A DNA stretch of 64,000 nucleotides. Source: an uncultured Bifidobacteriaceae bacterium. Lineage in GTDB: Bacteria > Bacteroidota > Bacteroidia > UKL13-3. The stretch is taken from positions 61,901 to 125,900 of the forward strand of contig CAYMRD010000006.1 of the NCBI GenBank assembly GCA_964392775.1. Reading direction: 5' to 3'. The position numbers and the translations under genes were made by a program. The notes below the pieces were generated by a model. The model was given only the letters and a program-made list of their open reading frames with translations. It was not told the origin of the DNA and did no database searches. Shown in pieces: positions 9,847 to 19,404 of this stretch; position 1 is the stretch's first letter; the number at the start of each line of letters is the position of its first letter.

Positions 9847-10527
9847 ATGGAATCAAAAATTGAGCAGATTAAAGAGTTGTTATGTGAAAAAGCGTCTGTC
9901 AAACAGCATGTTTTCAGACTTACCCAAACTATTTTCAGGGATTTGAAAATGGCATTGAGGGAGATAGAAAATGATCTTACTCCCAAGTTGGTGGAGGCAG
10001 CCCCTTTTGTTGAAGTGAAATATAGCGATAAGGGTGACTTTGAGGCTCATTTGAAATTCAGTGGAGATACGCTGGTGATTATGATGCACACCAATGTGTT
10101 TGATTTTGATGATGATCATCATGTTAATAAATCGGACTACGTTAAGGAGGATAAATTGAGGGAGTTCTGCGGGATGATACAGATTTATAATTTTCTGAGT
10201 GACTCTATCCGGTATAACCGTGACCAGGATGTTGGTTACCTGATTGCCCGTATCTTTATAAACAAAGACAGCCACTTTTTTGTGGAGGGTAAGCGGCCTC
10301 TATCCTTTATGTTTAGTGCCTTGGAAAAGAATATTGTTTCTCAGCAGGCACTTCGATCCATCATTGAAGAAGCAATGTTTTTTTGCTTAAATTTTGATTT
10401 GATGGCTCCGCCAATGGATTCGCTTAGCTATATATCGGTGGATCAAAAAAATATGATGAGCCATAGCAGCGGTATGCCAACAGGCAAACGGCTGGGCTTT
10501 TCGATGAGTGCCGATGAAAATAGTTAG
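9847..10527 (+). CDS. Hypothetical protein (226 aa), no family recognised
   Basis: Clean ATG ORF filling the gap after proS with protein-like composition. Confidence 0.8.
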   Translation: MESKIEQIKELLCEKASVKQHVFRLTQTIFRDLKMALREIENDLTPKLVEAAPFVEVKYSDKGDFEAHLKFSGDTLVIMMHTNVFDFDDDHHVNKSDYVKEDKLREFCGMIQIYNFLSDSIRYNRDQDVGYLIARIFINKDSHFFVEGKRPLSFMFSALEKNIVSQQALRSIIEEAMFFCLNFDLMAPPMDSLSYISVDQKNMMSHSSGMPTGKRLGFSMSADENS

Positions 10528-10643
10528 AAGTCATCTCAAAATAGAATTCATGTCAGGTTGAGTTTGTCGAAACCTGCTTTTTCCTACAGAATTAGCTTTC
10601 AAAAAGTTCAGGCTGACACCTGAAATGATTTTTGAGATGGCTT
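10528..10643. repeat. MITE/REP-like palindromic element with nested inverted repeats
   Basis: Terminal aagtcatctcaaaa / ttttgagatggctt (13/14); internal tgtcaggttgagtttgtcgaaacc plus a degenerate inverted partner at about 10595-10619. Confidence 0.65.
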
Positions 10644-10647
10644 ATAG

Positions 10648-11661
10648 TTATTTCTTCTTCTTTTTGTCCTCTTCGCGCTTTTTGTCTTGTTTTTCAGCAC
10701 GGTTTCCACCACCAAAAACGGATACATTAAAGTACCGTCCCGGATATTCCTGCATATCGGCCATCAAGGCACTGAGTTCTTCTGAGGTTGTATTGAGGTT
10801 GGTATATAAAGTTGTGTCGTTGGCCATTTTACCCAGAGTACCTTCTCCACGGTTGATTTTTTCGAGAGTGGTGCTGAATTCACGCATCACATCACGTGTA
10901 TGGTTAATGGTGGCGGTTAAGTCGGCAGCGGCAACCGAGTCGGTAATGCGCGATACATTTTTGAGTGACCTGGCAATGGCTTCATTGTTATTACGCAAGC
11001 CTCGGGTAATTGATTCGAGGTTTTCAAACATCGACTTAAGGTTATTGTATTCAGCTTCGGTCAGTTGGTCCATACGTCCGGTCACATTGCGAACATGGTG
11101 CATGGTGCCGGCAAAATCATTAATGCTGGTTTCAAGCCGTCTGGTTCCTGTTGAGTCAAACAATTTGTTCATGCTGTTGAGCATATTATCCAATGTGATT
11201 AAAACCTTTTCACTTTTTTCCTTGATGGGATCCACAATTTTTTTGATGGCTCCCTGCAAGGATTCCTGATAAGCCGCAACCAATGTATCTTTATTGGCAT
11301 AAAACTGTGTTCCCTCAACAGGGTGGATGACAATATCAGTTGATCCTAATAGTCCCGAAGTGGCGACAGTAGCCGAGGTTCCTGTGGGGAGTTTAACACT
11401 GCTTTCGACAACCAGGGTCACAATCAGTTGTGAAGGATCTCCTTCGTGTAACATACGGATATCTTCAACCTGTCCTACTTTTAAACCGTTGATGGTTACC
11501 TGAGTTGATTTTACAACCCCGTCAACGTTGTTGTACACCACATAATATTTATGGTAACCGTGTAAGGGGTTAAATCCCTTTAAAAAATTATATCCTGCAA
11601 TAAGCAATGCAAGTCCGATAACGGCAAAAAGGCCAACCTTAACTTCTTTTGAGTACTTCAA
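10648..11661 (-). CDS. MlaD/MCE family protein
   Basis: N-terminal KVGLF transmembrane segment; V..NGLKVGQV and GLLG MCE motifs; helical tail with GEGTLGKM..D..LY. Confidence 0.88.
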   Translation of the reverse strand: MKYSKEVKVGLFAVIGLALLIAGYNFLKGFNPLHGYHKYYVVYNNVDGVVKSTQVTINGLKVGQVEDIRMLHEGDPSQLIVTLVVESSVKLPTGTSATVATSGLLGSTDIVIHPVEGTQFYANKDTLVAAYQESLQGAIKKIVDPIKEKSEKVLITLDNMLNSMNKLFDSTGTRRLETSINDFAGTMHHVRNVTGRMDQLTEAEYNNLKSMFENLESITRGLRNNNEAIARSLKNVSRITDSVAAADLTATINHTRDVMREFSTTLEKINRGEGTLGKMANDTTLYTNLNTTSEELSALMADMQEYPGRYFNVSVFGGGNRAEKQDKKREEDKKKKK

Positions 11662-11713
11662 TGTGAGGTAATTTGTTTGGGCAAAAATAGGTATTTATGA
11701 CACTTTGTGGTGG

Positions 11714-12532
11714 TTACTTTGATTTTTCTACCTGTTTTTTGTAGTCATCTACCGATTTGGCAATAGCACCTGCCAAAGCATTTTGCCCCGGCTGGGAAGT
11801 GAGGTACATACGCTCCAGCTTATTGCTCAGGAATCCTGTTTCAATCAAAATGCTTGGCATCTTGCTTTTCCAAAGCACCATCAGTCCGGCTTGTTTGACC
11901 CCGCGGCTGTTGCGCTTGATGGCTTTAAAGTTCTCTTCAACCTGAGAAGCCAGCTTCAAACTTTGCTCCATATAAGCGTTTTGCAAAAAAGAGAAGTAGA
12001 TATGAGCTTCCGGTGAGTTCGGGTCAAATCCTTCGTACCGTTCTTCAAAATCTTTCTCCAATAAGATAACATCATTCTCCCGTTTGGCTACGGCAAGGTT
12101 TCCTTCCGATTTATGAAGACCCATTGAAAAGGTTTCGGTTCCAAATACTTCTATTTTTTTATTGGCATTGCAGTGAATGGATATAAACAAATCGGCATTG
12201 TGGCGGTTGGCGATTCCGGCCCGTTCCCAAAGCTCTACAAATGTATCGGTGGTGCGGGTGTAAATTACCTTTACATCGGGCATCATCTGTTCAATTTTCC
12301 GGCCCACTTTAAGGGCTACCTCAAGCGTCACCCTTTTTTCGCTGGCCCCTCCGTACATGCAACCGTGGTCGTGGCCCCCGTGCCCGGCATCAATCACAAC
12401 GGTTTTGATTTTGATCTTATGGGTACCCAAAGGTTTATAGCTGCAAAGAGCCAGCGCAAGCAATGCAAACGATAGGGTGCGATTAAATTGCGGGATATTT
12501 TTAATATTACTTAGTTTTGCGCGGATTGACAT
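11714..12532 (-). CDS. N-acetylmuramoyl-L-alanine amidase (Amidase_3)
   Basis: VVIDAGHGGHD, EK, LFISIHCNA and PSILIETGF zinc motifs. Confidence 0.93.
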   Translation of the reverse strand: MSIRAKLSNIKNIPQFNRTLSFALLALALCSYKPLGTHKIKIKTVVIDAGHGGHDHGCMYGGASEKRVTLEVALKVGRKIEQMMPDVKVIYTRTTDTFVELWERAGIANRHNADLFISIHCNANKKIEVFGTETFSMGLHKSEGNLAVAKRENDVILLEKDFEERYEGFDPNSPEAHIYFSFLQNAYMEQSLKLASQVEENFKAIKRNSRGVKQAGLMVLWKSKMPSILIETGFLSNKLERMYLTSQPGQNALAGAIAKSVDDYKKQVEKSK

Positions 12533-12576
12533 ATTCTGGTTACAATTTTACGTTTCTAAATCGATTGCTCAAACTG

Positions 12577-15273
12577 ATGGTTTGCAAACTTATACCCTGT
12601 TTGCTGCTGCTGTGTGGTTTTGTATACGCGCAGCAGATACCGTCAAAAGGTAAAAAACTTGCGAAACCCCAAACGACCAAAAACAGTACCATTGTAAAAG
12701 AAACAGTTGATTCACTCAAATCAGATACCGGTTTGGCATTGAAAAAAGATAGTGCTTTTGTGTTTGAGGAAGAGGTTTGGCTGGAACCCGAAGATACTAT
12801 TCCTGACCGGATTTCGAAGGATGCAATTAAGAGTCAGGTGAATTATTATGCCCGCGACTCGATGCCGTATGATGCCGTCAACCGTATTTTTTATATGTAC
12901 GGAAACGCCAAGGTTACTCAGGATGATTTGACGCTGGAGGCGGAGTTTATCAAAGCAGATTTGGCCAATAATATTATAACGGCTACCGGAATTAAAGACA
13001 GTACGGGTAAAATTAAAGGTAAACCTGTATTTAAGCAGGGAAAAGCAGAATACCGGGCGGAGGTTATCAAATACAATACACGAACGAAACGGGGTTACCT
13101 CAGTGAATTTCGTACCAAAGAAGGTGAGGGATATATTCATGGAGAGGATGTGGGTAAAACTGCTGATAACAATTTCAATATTGAACATGCCAAGTACACC
13201 ACTTGCAGCCTTGACAGCCCGCATTATCATATAGCAGCTTCCCGTATCAAAGTTATACCCGATAAAAAAATCATTACCGGAGTAGCTAATCTTCAGTTTG
13301 AAGGAATTCCTTCTCCACTGATATTGCCATTTGGTATTTTTTCGATAAAGCGGGGACAGGCTTCCGGTGTGATTATCCCATCATACGGGCATTCCAACGA
13401 CCGTGGTTATTTTTTACGGGATGGAGGCTATTATTTCGGTCTTGGAGAAAAAGCCGACTACAGATTGACGGGATCTTTTTATGCCAACCGAAGCTGGGCT
13501 TTAAACAATGGTTTACGTTATTCATCACGGTATCATTTTGCGGGCGATTTGAGTGTGAATTATGCCTATAACAAATTCAATGAAGAGTTGGATCCTAATT
13601 ACAGTCTGTCCAAAGATTTTATGGTAAGCTGGAATCACCGTTCCGATGCTAAAGCCAGACCTTTCACATCGTTTAACGCAAGCGTAAATGTGGTGAGTGT
13701 GAACTCTAATGGAGCTTCCTATCTGCAAAACAACTCTTACAATCCGGCTAATATTGTTAACAATCAGCTTAACTCAAGTATTAGTTATAACAAAGGATTC
13801 AAAAATGGTAAATACAATCTTACCACGAATGCGAGAATGTCGCAGAATACGGCCACACGTGATGTGCAAATTACCTTGCCTGATTTAACCTTTACCGTAA
13901 GCAGTTTCAATCCATTTAAGTCGAAGAAAAAGTCGGTGGCCGACCGTTGGTATGAGAATATCAGTATGAACTATACAACCTCTTTCCGAAATCAGGTTAA
14001 TACTAAAGATTCTATTTTATTTGGCGGCTTAAATGGAAATTCGTTTGCCAACTTCTTTGATACAGCTGCCCGTTACGGGATGGTACATAATATTCCGGTT
14101 CAAACCTCTTTTAAAATTTTAAAATACTATACCTTATCGGCCAGTGTAACTTTAAATGAATACTGGTATGGGCAAACCATTCGCAAAGAATATACGGATG
14201 CCGGAGTTCAAACGAATAGGGTCAATGGCTTTGAAAGAGCGTTTACGTATACCCCACGTATTGGGTTGAATACGCGTTATTATGGAATGAAATATTTTTC
14301 GGGCAACAAAATTAAAGCCATTCGCCATGTGGCTTCGCCTAGTGTCGACTTCTCTTACAATCCTGATTATGGTGATTCGAAATACGGCTATTATCAATAT
14401 TACAATGATAAAAACGGAAACCCCGTCCGGTATTCCATTTTTGAACAAGGGATTGTTGGAGGACCGGGTGTAGGCCGTCAGGGGAATGTTGGGTTCTCTC
14501 TCGATAACAATGTTGAGATGAAGGTGAATCAGGGAAAAGATACTGCACAAAAGGAAAATAAAATTCAAATTTTCGAATCCCTGCGTGCCGGAGGTTCTTA
14601 TAATTTGTTCGCTGATTCACTCAATCTGAGTCCGATTAATTTTAGTGCGCGTACCCGTTTGTTCAAGAATATAACCTTGAATGCATCTTCCAATATGGAT
14701 CCTTACTTGAATGAGATAAAAACAACCGAGGGATACCAAACAGTGATTCGCAGAAATGAGTTTTATGCAGCCGGAAATGGGAAACTTGGATTGATTACGG
14801 ATGCCAATATTGGGATTAATGCCAGTATCAACAAGTCGACATTCAAGAAAAAAACAACCGCACGAAAAGAATATCTGGGGGACTTAAAATACATAAATGA
14901 ACGTCCGGAAGATTATTACGACTTTAATATTCCGTGGACGTTCAATATTAATTATTCGATTGGCTACAATCGCTATAATACACTCAACAATCCGAACACA
15001 ACCAATTATCTTCAAACCATCAATTTTTCGGGAGATTTTAACCTTACCGGGAATTGGAAGATTGGATATACATCGGGTTATGATATCAAAAACAAACAGA
15101 TTACCTTTACATCTATCGACTTTATACGCCAACTGCATTGCTGGGAGTTTAGGCTCAACTGGATTCCGGTGGGTGTACGTCAAAGTTTTTTATTTACCAT
15201 TAATGTAAAATCAAGTTTGTTGCAGGACTTGAAACTGACACGAAGAAAAGACTGGTTTGACCGTAAAATTTAA
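12577..15273 (+). CDS. lptD: LPS-assembly protein LptD (Bacteroidota type)
   Basis: Signal peptide, OstA-like N-terminal region, YTTCSLDSPHY motif, beta-barrel, C-terminal RQLHCWE. Start set at ATG 12577. Confidence 0.85.
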   Translation: MVCKLIPCLLLLCGFVYAQQIPSKGKKLAKPQTTKNSTIVKETVDSLKSDTGLALKKDSAFVFEEEVWLEPEDTIPDRISKDAIKSQVNYYARDSMPYDAVNRIFYMYGNAKVTQDDLTLEAEFIKADLANNIITATGIKDSTGKIKGKPVFKQGKAEYRAEVIKYNTRTKRGYLSEFRTKEGEGYIHGEDVGKTADNNFNIEHAKYTTCSLDSPHYHIAASRIKVIPDKKIITGVANLQFEGIPSPLILPFGIFSIKRGQASGVIIPSYGHSNDRGYFLRDGGYYFGLGEKADYRLTGSFYANRSWALNNGLRYSSRYHFAGDLSVNYAYNKFNEELDPNYSLSKDFMVSWNHRSDAKARPFTSFNASVNVVSVNSNGASYLQNNSYNPANIVNNQLNSSISYNKGFKNGKYNLTTNARMSQNTATRDVQITLPDLTFTVSSFNPFKSKKKSVADRWYENISMNYTTSFRNQVNTKDSILFGGLNGNSFANFFDTAARYGMVHNIPVQTSFKILKYYTLSASVTLNEYWYGQTIRKEYTDAGVQTNRVNGFERAFTYTPRIGLNTRYYGMKYFSGNKIKAIRHVASPSVDFSYNPDYGDSKYGYYQYYNDKNGNPVRYSIFEQGIVGGPGVGRQGNVGFSLDNNVEMKVNQGKDTAQKENKIQIFESLRAGGSYNLFADSLNLSPINFSARTRLFKNITLNASSNMDPYLNEIKTTEGYQTVIRRNEFYAAGNGKLGLITDANIGINASINKSTFKKKTTARKEYLGDLKYINERPEDYYDFNIPWTFNINYSIGYNRYNTLNNPNTTNYLQTINFSGDFNLTGNWKIGYTSGYDIKNKQITFTSIDFIRQLHCWEFRLNWIPVGVRQSFLFTINVKSSLLQDLKLTRRKDWFDRKI

Positions 15274-15293
15274 CCACACCAACCATCACCAAC

Positions 15294-16493
15294 ATGATTA
15301 CAGTCGGAATTATTCGAGAGGGTAAGAAGCCTTTGGATTTGCGTACTCCTTTAACGCCAATTCATTGTGTTGAACTAATGGAGAAGTTTCCCAATGCTCG
15401 TGTTGTTGTGCAGTCATCTCCGGTACGTTGTTATTCAGACGAGCAATACCGAGCATACGGTATAGAGGTTGTTGAGGATATTTCGGTAGCTGATATTTTA
15501 TTAGGAGTAAAAGAAGTTCCAATAAATGAACTCATAGCCGATAAAACCTATCTTTTTTTCTCGCATACCATCAAACAACAACCACATAACAGGCAATTGC
15601 TCCGAGCCATTTTGGAGCAAAATATCCGACTGGTTGATTATGAAACGCTTGTGTGGGAAGCCGGCAACCGCATTATTGGGTTTGGCCGTTTTGCAGGTAT
15701 TGTAGGAACGCATCATGCTTTTGTGATGTGGGGGAAACGTTACGGAGGATATTCTCTAAAGCCGGCCTGTCAATGTGTAAACATGAGTGACCTGTACGCG
15801 CAGTATGAGAACATAAAATTACCGCCCATGCGTATTGTTTTGTGTGGAGATGGCCGTGTGGCGCATGGTGCACTGGAAGTGCTGCGTAAACTTAATATCC
15901 ATCATGTTACATCCGAAGAGTTTTTGAAAAATGAATATGAACATCCGGTATATGTTCATCTGCGCAGCGAGGATTACTACCAACGCAAAGATGGGCGCCA
16001 GTGGGATAAATCAGACTTTTATAAACATCCTGAAGATTACCGGAGTTCGTTTGCCCCTTATTGTAAATCGGCTGATGTAATGATCAATGCTGTTTTCTGG
16101 AAACTGGGTATTGAACCGTTTTTTACCCATGAAGAGATGAAACGTGCGGATTTTAGGATTAAGATTATTAGCGATATTTCCTGTGATATTCCCGGACCTA
16201 TACCAAGCACGGTTCGGAGTTCAACCATTGAATCACCGTACTTTGGTTATAATCCTTTGTTGGAGAAAGAAATGCCTCCGTTCCAAAAAGAAAATATTGA
16301 TGTACAGGCCGTAGGCAACTTGCCATGTGAGTTGCCTGTTGATGCATCCAACGAATTTGGGGGACAACTTGTAAAGCATGTATTACCTTATTTATTGACA
16401 GATGATTCGGTTGGCATTATACGCAATGCAACCATCACTGAAAAAGGAAAACTGACTTCGCGTTTCAGTTACCTGAGCGATTATGTGTCATAA
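15294..16493 (+). CDS. Alanine dehydrogenase/PNT-family oxidoreductase, saccharopine dehydrogenase or lysine-ketoglutarate reductase-like
   Basis: GIIREGK...RTPLTP, LGVKEVP, FFSHTIK.Q, DYE, GDGRVAHGA, DISCD and NLPCELP motifs. Confidence 0.8.
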   Translation: MITVGIIREGKKPLDLRTPLTPIHCVELMEKFPNARVVVQSSPVRCYSDEQYRAYGIEVVEDISVADILLGVKEVPINELIADKTYLFFSHTIKQQPHNRQLLRAILEQNIRLVDYETLVWEAGNRIIGFGRFAGIVGTHHAFVMWGKRYGGYSLKPACQCVNMSDLYAQYENIKLPPMRIVLCGDGRVAHGALEVLRKLNIHHVTSEEFLKNEYEHPVYVHLRSEDYYQRKDGRQWDKSDFYKHPEDYRSSFAPYCKSADVMINAVFWKLGIEPFFTHEEMKRADFRIKIISDISCDIPGPIPSTVRSSTIESPYFGYNPLLEKEMPPFQKENIDVQAVGNLPCELPVDASNEFGGQLVKHVLPYLLTDDSVGIIRNATITEKGKLTSRFSYLSDYVS

Positions 16494-16604
16494 TCACCGG
16501 TTTACCTACATCTGCTACTTGTTTACCTAAATATTGCCATCAATGGCTTAACAATGTGTTATAAAGAGTTTTCTTTGCAGCCCATTTTATTATACTAAAC
16601 AAAT

Positions 16605-18497
16605 ATGGCCCGGGGAGGAAGAAATTTAAACAGCAACGGAAAACAAAAGGATGAAACGCCTAAGGTTAAAGTAAGTAAGGAAAGCCTTAAACAAGCGTTA
16701 ATCCTATTCACGTATCTAAAACCTTATCGCGGAAAATTTATATTGAGTTTGATATTTATTGCGCTGTCGGCATTTACCACGAGTTTATTTCCATTCTTTT
16801 TAGGTAAGATGATTGATGCAGCGGCTCCGGGAGCATCGGCCGGAATGATGGGTTCCGCCCCTTCTATGATGCAAACACTGGGATTCCCGGATATTCAATG
16901 GACGCTTAATATCACGCTCGCTTTGATTTTTGCGCAGCTTGGTTTACAAACGGTGTTTTCGTTTATGCGGGTGTATCTGCTAACAGAGGTTGGCGAAAAA
17001 TCATTGGCTGATATGCGCAAAGACGTATACAGTAGCCTGCTTACGATGCCGATGAGCTACTTCACCGAAAAACGTGTGGGTGAATTGAGTAATCGCCTGT
17101 CGTCTGATTTATCTCAAATACAAGATGCCATATCCTTTACATTAGCCGAATTTTTACGTGGAATTTTCACATTGATTATCGGATTGGGTTTTATTTTTTG
17201 GATAAGCTCGAAACTGGCTCTGGTAATGTTAGCGGTGGTTCCTGTCATTGCGGTTCTTGCCGTTGTATTTGGAATCCGTATTCGTAAGATGGCCCGCAAA
17301 GCTCAGGACCAGCTGGCCGAGAGCGGAACCATTGTTCAGGAAACCTTTCAGGGGATTTCGGTTGTAAAAGCTTTTACAAGTGAATTTCAGGAAGTAACGC
17401 GTTATGTAAAAAGTGTATACGCTGTGGTTGATATAGCCATCAGCAATGCCCGGTACCGTGGTGCTTTTATCTCGTTTATGATATTCAGTGTGTTTGGAAC
17501 CATTGCATTTGTAATGTGGTATGGAGCCAATATGATTCAAACAGGTGAGCTAACAATGGGCTCATTAACGATGTTTGTTATCTTCTCGATGTTTGTAGGC
17601 GGAACCTTTGCAGGCTTTGCCGATATGTTTTCACAACTTCAAAAAACATTGGGCGCTACGCAAAGCATACGCGAAATCTTGAGGTCAGAAGGAGAGTCTG
17701 TGAGTCTTGAATCAACCACAATCGAACCTCAATATCAACTCAAAGGACAGGTTTCATTTAAGCAAGTAGCATTCAGCTACCCGAGTCGTGCTGATGTGAA
17801 AGTGCTGAAGGATGTCACTCTTAACGCCACTAATGGTGCGCAGATTGCAATTGTTGGTCCAAGTGGTGCCGGCAAAAGTACATTGGCTTCATTGCTGCTT
17901 CGTTTTTATGAACCGGAGTCGGGTGCTATTTTATTTGACGGGCGACCTGCTCAATCATTCCCACTTACGCAACTGCGCAAACAAATGGCTTATGTGCCGC
18001 AGGATGTAATGTTGTTTGGCGGAACCATCCTCGAAAATATTGCCTACGGAAGGCCCGGAGCAAGTGAAGCAGAAATTATTGAAGCTGCTCGTCAGGCCAA
18101 TGCCCATGAGTTTATCAGCCGGTTCCCCGAGCAATACCAAACGCTTGTAGGCGAACGCGGTATCAAACTTTCGGGAGGCCAACGTCAGCGTATTGCCATT
18201 GCCCGCGCTATTTTAAACAATCCTGCAATTCTGATTTTGGATGAAGCAACTTCATCTCTTGATAGTGAAAGCGAACAACTGGTTCAGGAAGCACTGGAAC
18301 ATCTGATGGAAAACAGAACATCGTTTGTGATTGCGCATCGTTTGTCAACCATTCGCAATGCCGATATGATTGTGGTGATTGATAAAGGTGTTGTTGCCGA
18401 AAGCGGAACACATGATGAACTGATGTCACATAATGGATTGTACCGCAAACTCAACGAAATGCAATTTGAGTTTGGGAGTATTGATGTGGTTAGTTAA
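16605..18497 (+). CDS. ABC exporter (TMD+NBD, MsbA/ABCB-like)
   Basis: Six transmembrane segments, GPSGAGKS, LSGGQRQR, ILDEATSSLD and AHRLSTI. Confidence 0.93.
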   Translation: MARGGRNLNSNGKQKDETPKVKVSKESLKQALILFTYLKPYRGKFILSLIFIALSAFTTSLFPFFLGKMIDAAAPGASAGMMGSAPSMMQTLGFPDIQWTLNITLALIFAQLGLQTVFSFMRVYLLTEVGEKSLADMRKDVYSSLLTMPMSYFTEKRVGELSNRLSSDLSQIQDAISFTLAEFLRGIFTLIIGLGFIFWISSKLALVMLAVVPVIAVLAVVFGIRIRKMARKAQDQLAESGTIVQETFQGISVVKAFTSEFQEVTRYVKSVYAVVDIAISNARYRGAFISFMIFSVFGTIAFVMWYGANMIQTGELTMGSLTMFVIFSMFVGGTFAGFADMFSQLQKTLGATQSIREILRSEGESVSLESTTIEPQYQLKGQVSFKQVAFSYPSRADVKVLKDVTLNATNGAQIAIVGPSGAGKSTLASLLLRFYEPESGAILFDGRPAQSFPLTQLRKQMAYVPQDVMLFGGTILENIAYGRPGASEAEIIEAARQANAHEFISRFPEQYQTLVGERGIKLSGGQRQRIAIARAILNNPAILILDEATSSLDSESEQLVQEALEHLMENRTSFVIAHRLSTIRNADMIVVIDKGVVAESGTHDELMSHNGLYRKLNEMQFEFGSIDVVS

Positions 18498-18514
18498 ACG
18501 CTAGGAAGTCAGGC

Positions 18515-18949
18515 CTATTCTATCCTTGCGTCTTCCGTAATAATTTCGGTAAGATTGAGAGTAGGAAGAATGAATCCATTAAAATTTGACCCTTCTGTTT
18601 TCGTGTGTAATACACCGCGTGCGGTTCCAACTGTGAGAACACAAAGGTGAGTGATAAATCCTCTTGGAATTAGCAATGCCTTTTCATCTTTAATTTTGAA
18701 ATTCTCCCATGAATCATTTTCAATTTTAAAATGGCATGAAACGTCCAGAATGATAAATGGTTGTTCTTCTTGTTCAAATCTGACAGAAAATAAAACGCTT
18801 AAGGTTTTCTCTTCATCAACTTTTGCTGAAGAAAAGTTGATTGCATATTCTACAGATTTATCTGCGTCATAGTTTGAATCAATCAAAGCAAATTGTTCAG
18901 TTCGAATAGATGCCAATCCAAATCCAACAGTTATATTATTATTTGTCAT
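18515..18949 (-). CDS. SecB-like chaperone (third gene of a TAC-like module)
   Basis: 144 aa, acidic; pattern of beta-strands then helix ending GTARGVLHTKT...FILPTLNL, typical of SecB-like proteins; 1-nt TAATG overlap with the upstream gene. Confidence 0.7.
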   Translation of the reverse strand: MTNNNITVGFGLASIRTEQFALIDSNYDADKSVEYAINFSSAKVDEEKTLSVLFSVRFEQEEQPFIILDVSCHFKIENDSWENFKIKDEKALLIPRGFITHLCVLTVGTARGVLHTKTEGSNFNGFILPTLNLTEIITEDARIE

Positions 18950-19404
18950 TATGCAGCCGAGTCAATTTCTATTGGTGAGTTTTCGTATGAAAAGGCTTTG
19001 CGTGCTGAAACTTTCTGTGTTTCAGTGATTATGTTCTTTCTTAGGTTAGTCATACTAGCTGTTATGCTTTTAGTAGCCTTGTACTCTCCCTGCACCTGAT
19101 AATGCTGCACACTTATAAGTGTTATTTTCAAAAGAGACTCGATTTTCGAAATAGTTTCCAGTGTCAGATTCTCATTTCCTTTCAACATTTTATTTACGTA
19201 TTGAGCCGAAACACCCAATTCTTTTGCAAACTCAATTTGTGAAATTTTTCGTTCTCGTAATACTTTTAGAATTGAGATGGAAATGAGCATTGATTTTTTC
19301 AACCATTGACGGTTGGCCTTTCTCCAAGCAATTACTTCATGAACTTTAGATACTTCACTACTTACTATGTCTTTAAATTTTTTCTTTTCCATAATCTTAT
19401 TCAT
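18949..19404 (-). CDS. XRE-family HTH antitoxin (HigA-like) with a long C-terminal tail
   Basis: ISQIEFAKELGVSAQYVNKMLKGNENLTLETISKIESLL HTH followed by about 55 extra residues. Confidence 0.85.
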   Translation of the reverse strand: MNKIMEKKKFKDIVSSEVSKVHEVIAWRKANRQWLKKSMLISISILKVLRERKISQIEFAKELGVSAQYVNKMLKGNENLTLETISKIESLLKITLISVQHYQVQGEYKATKSITASMTNLRKNIITETQKVSARKAFSYENSPIEIDSAA

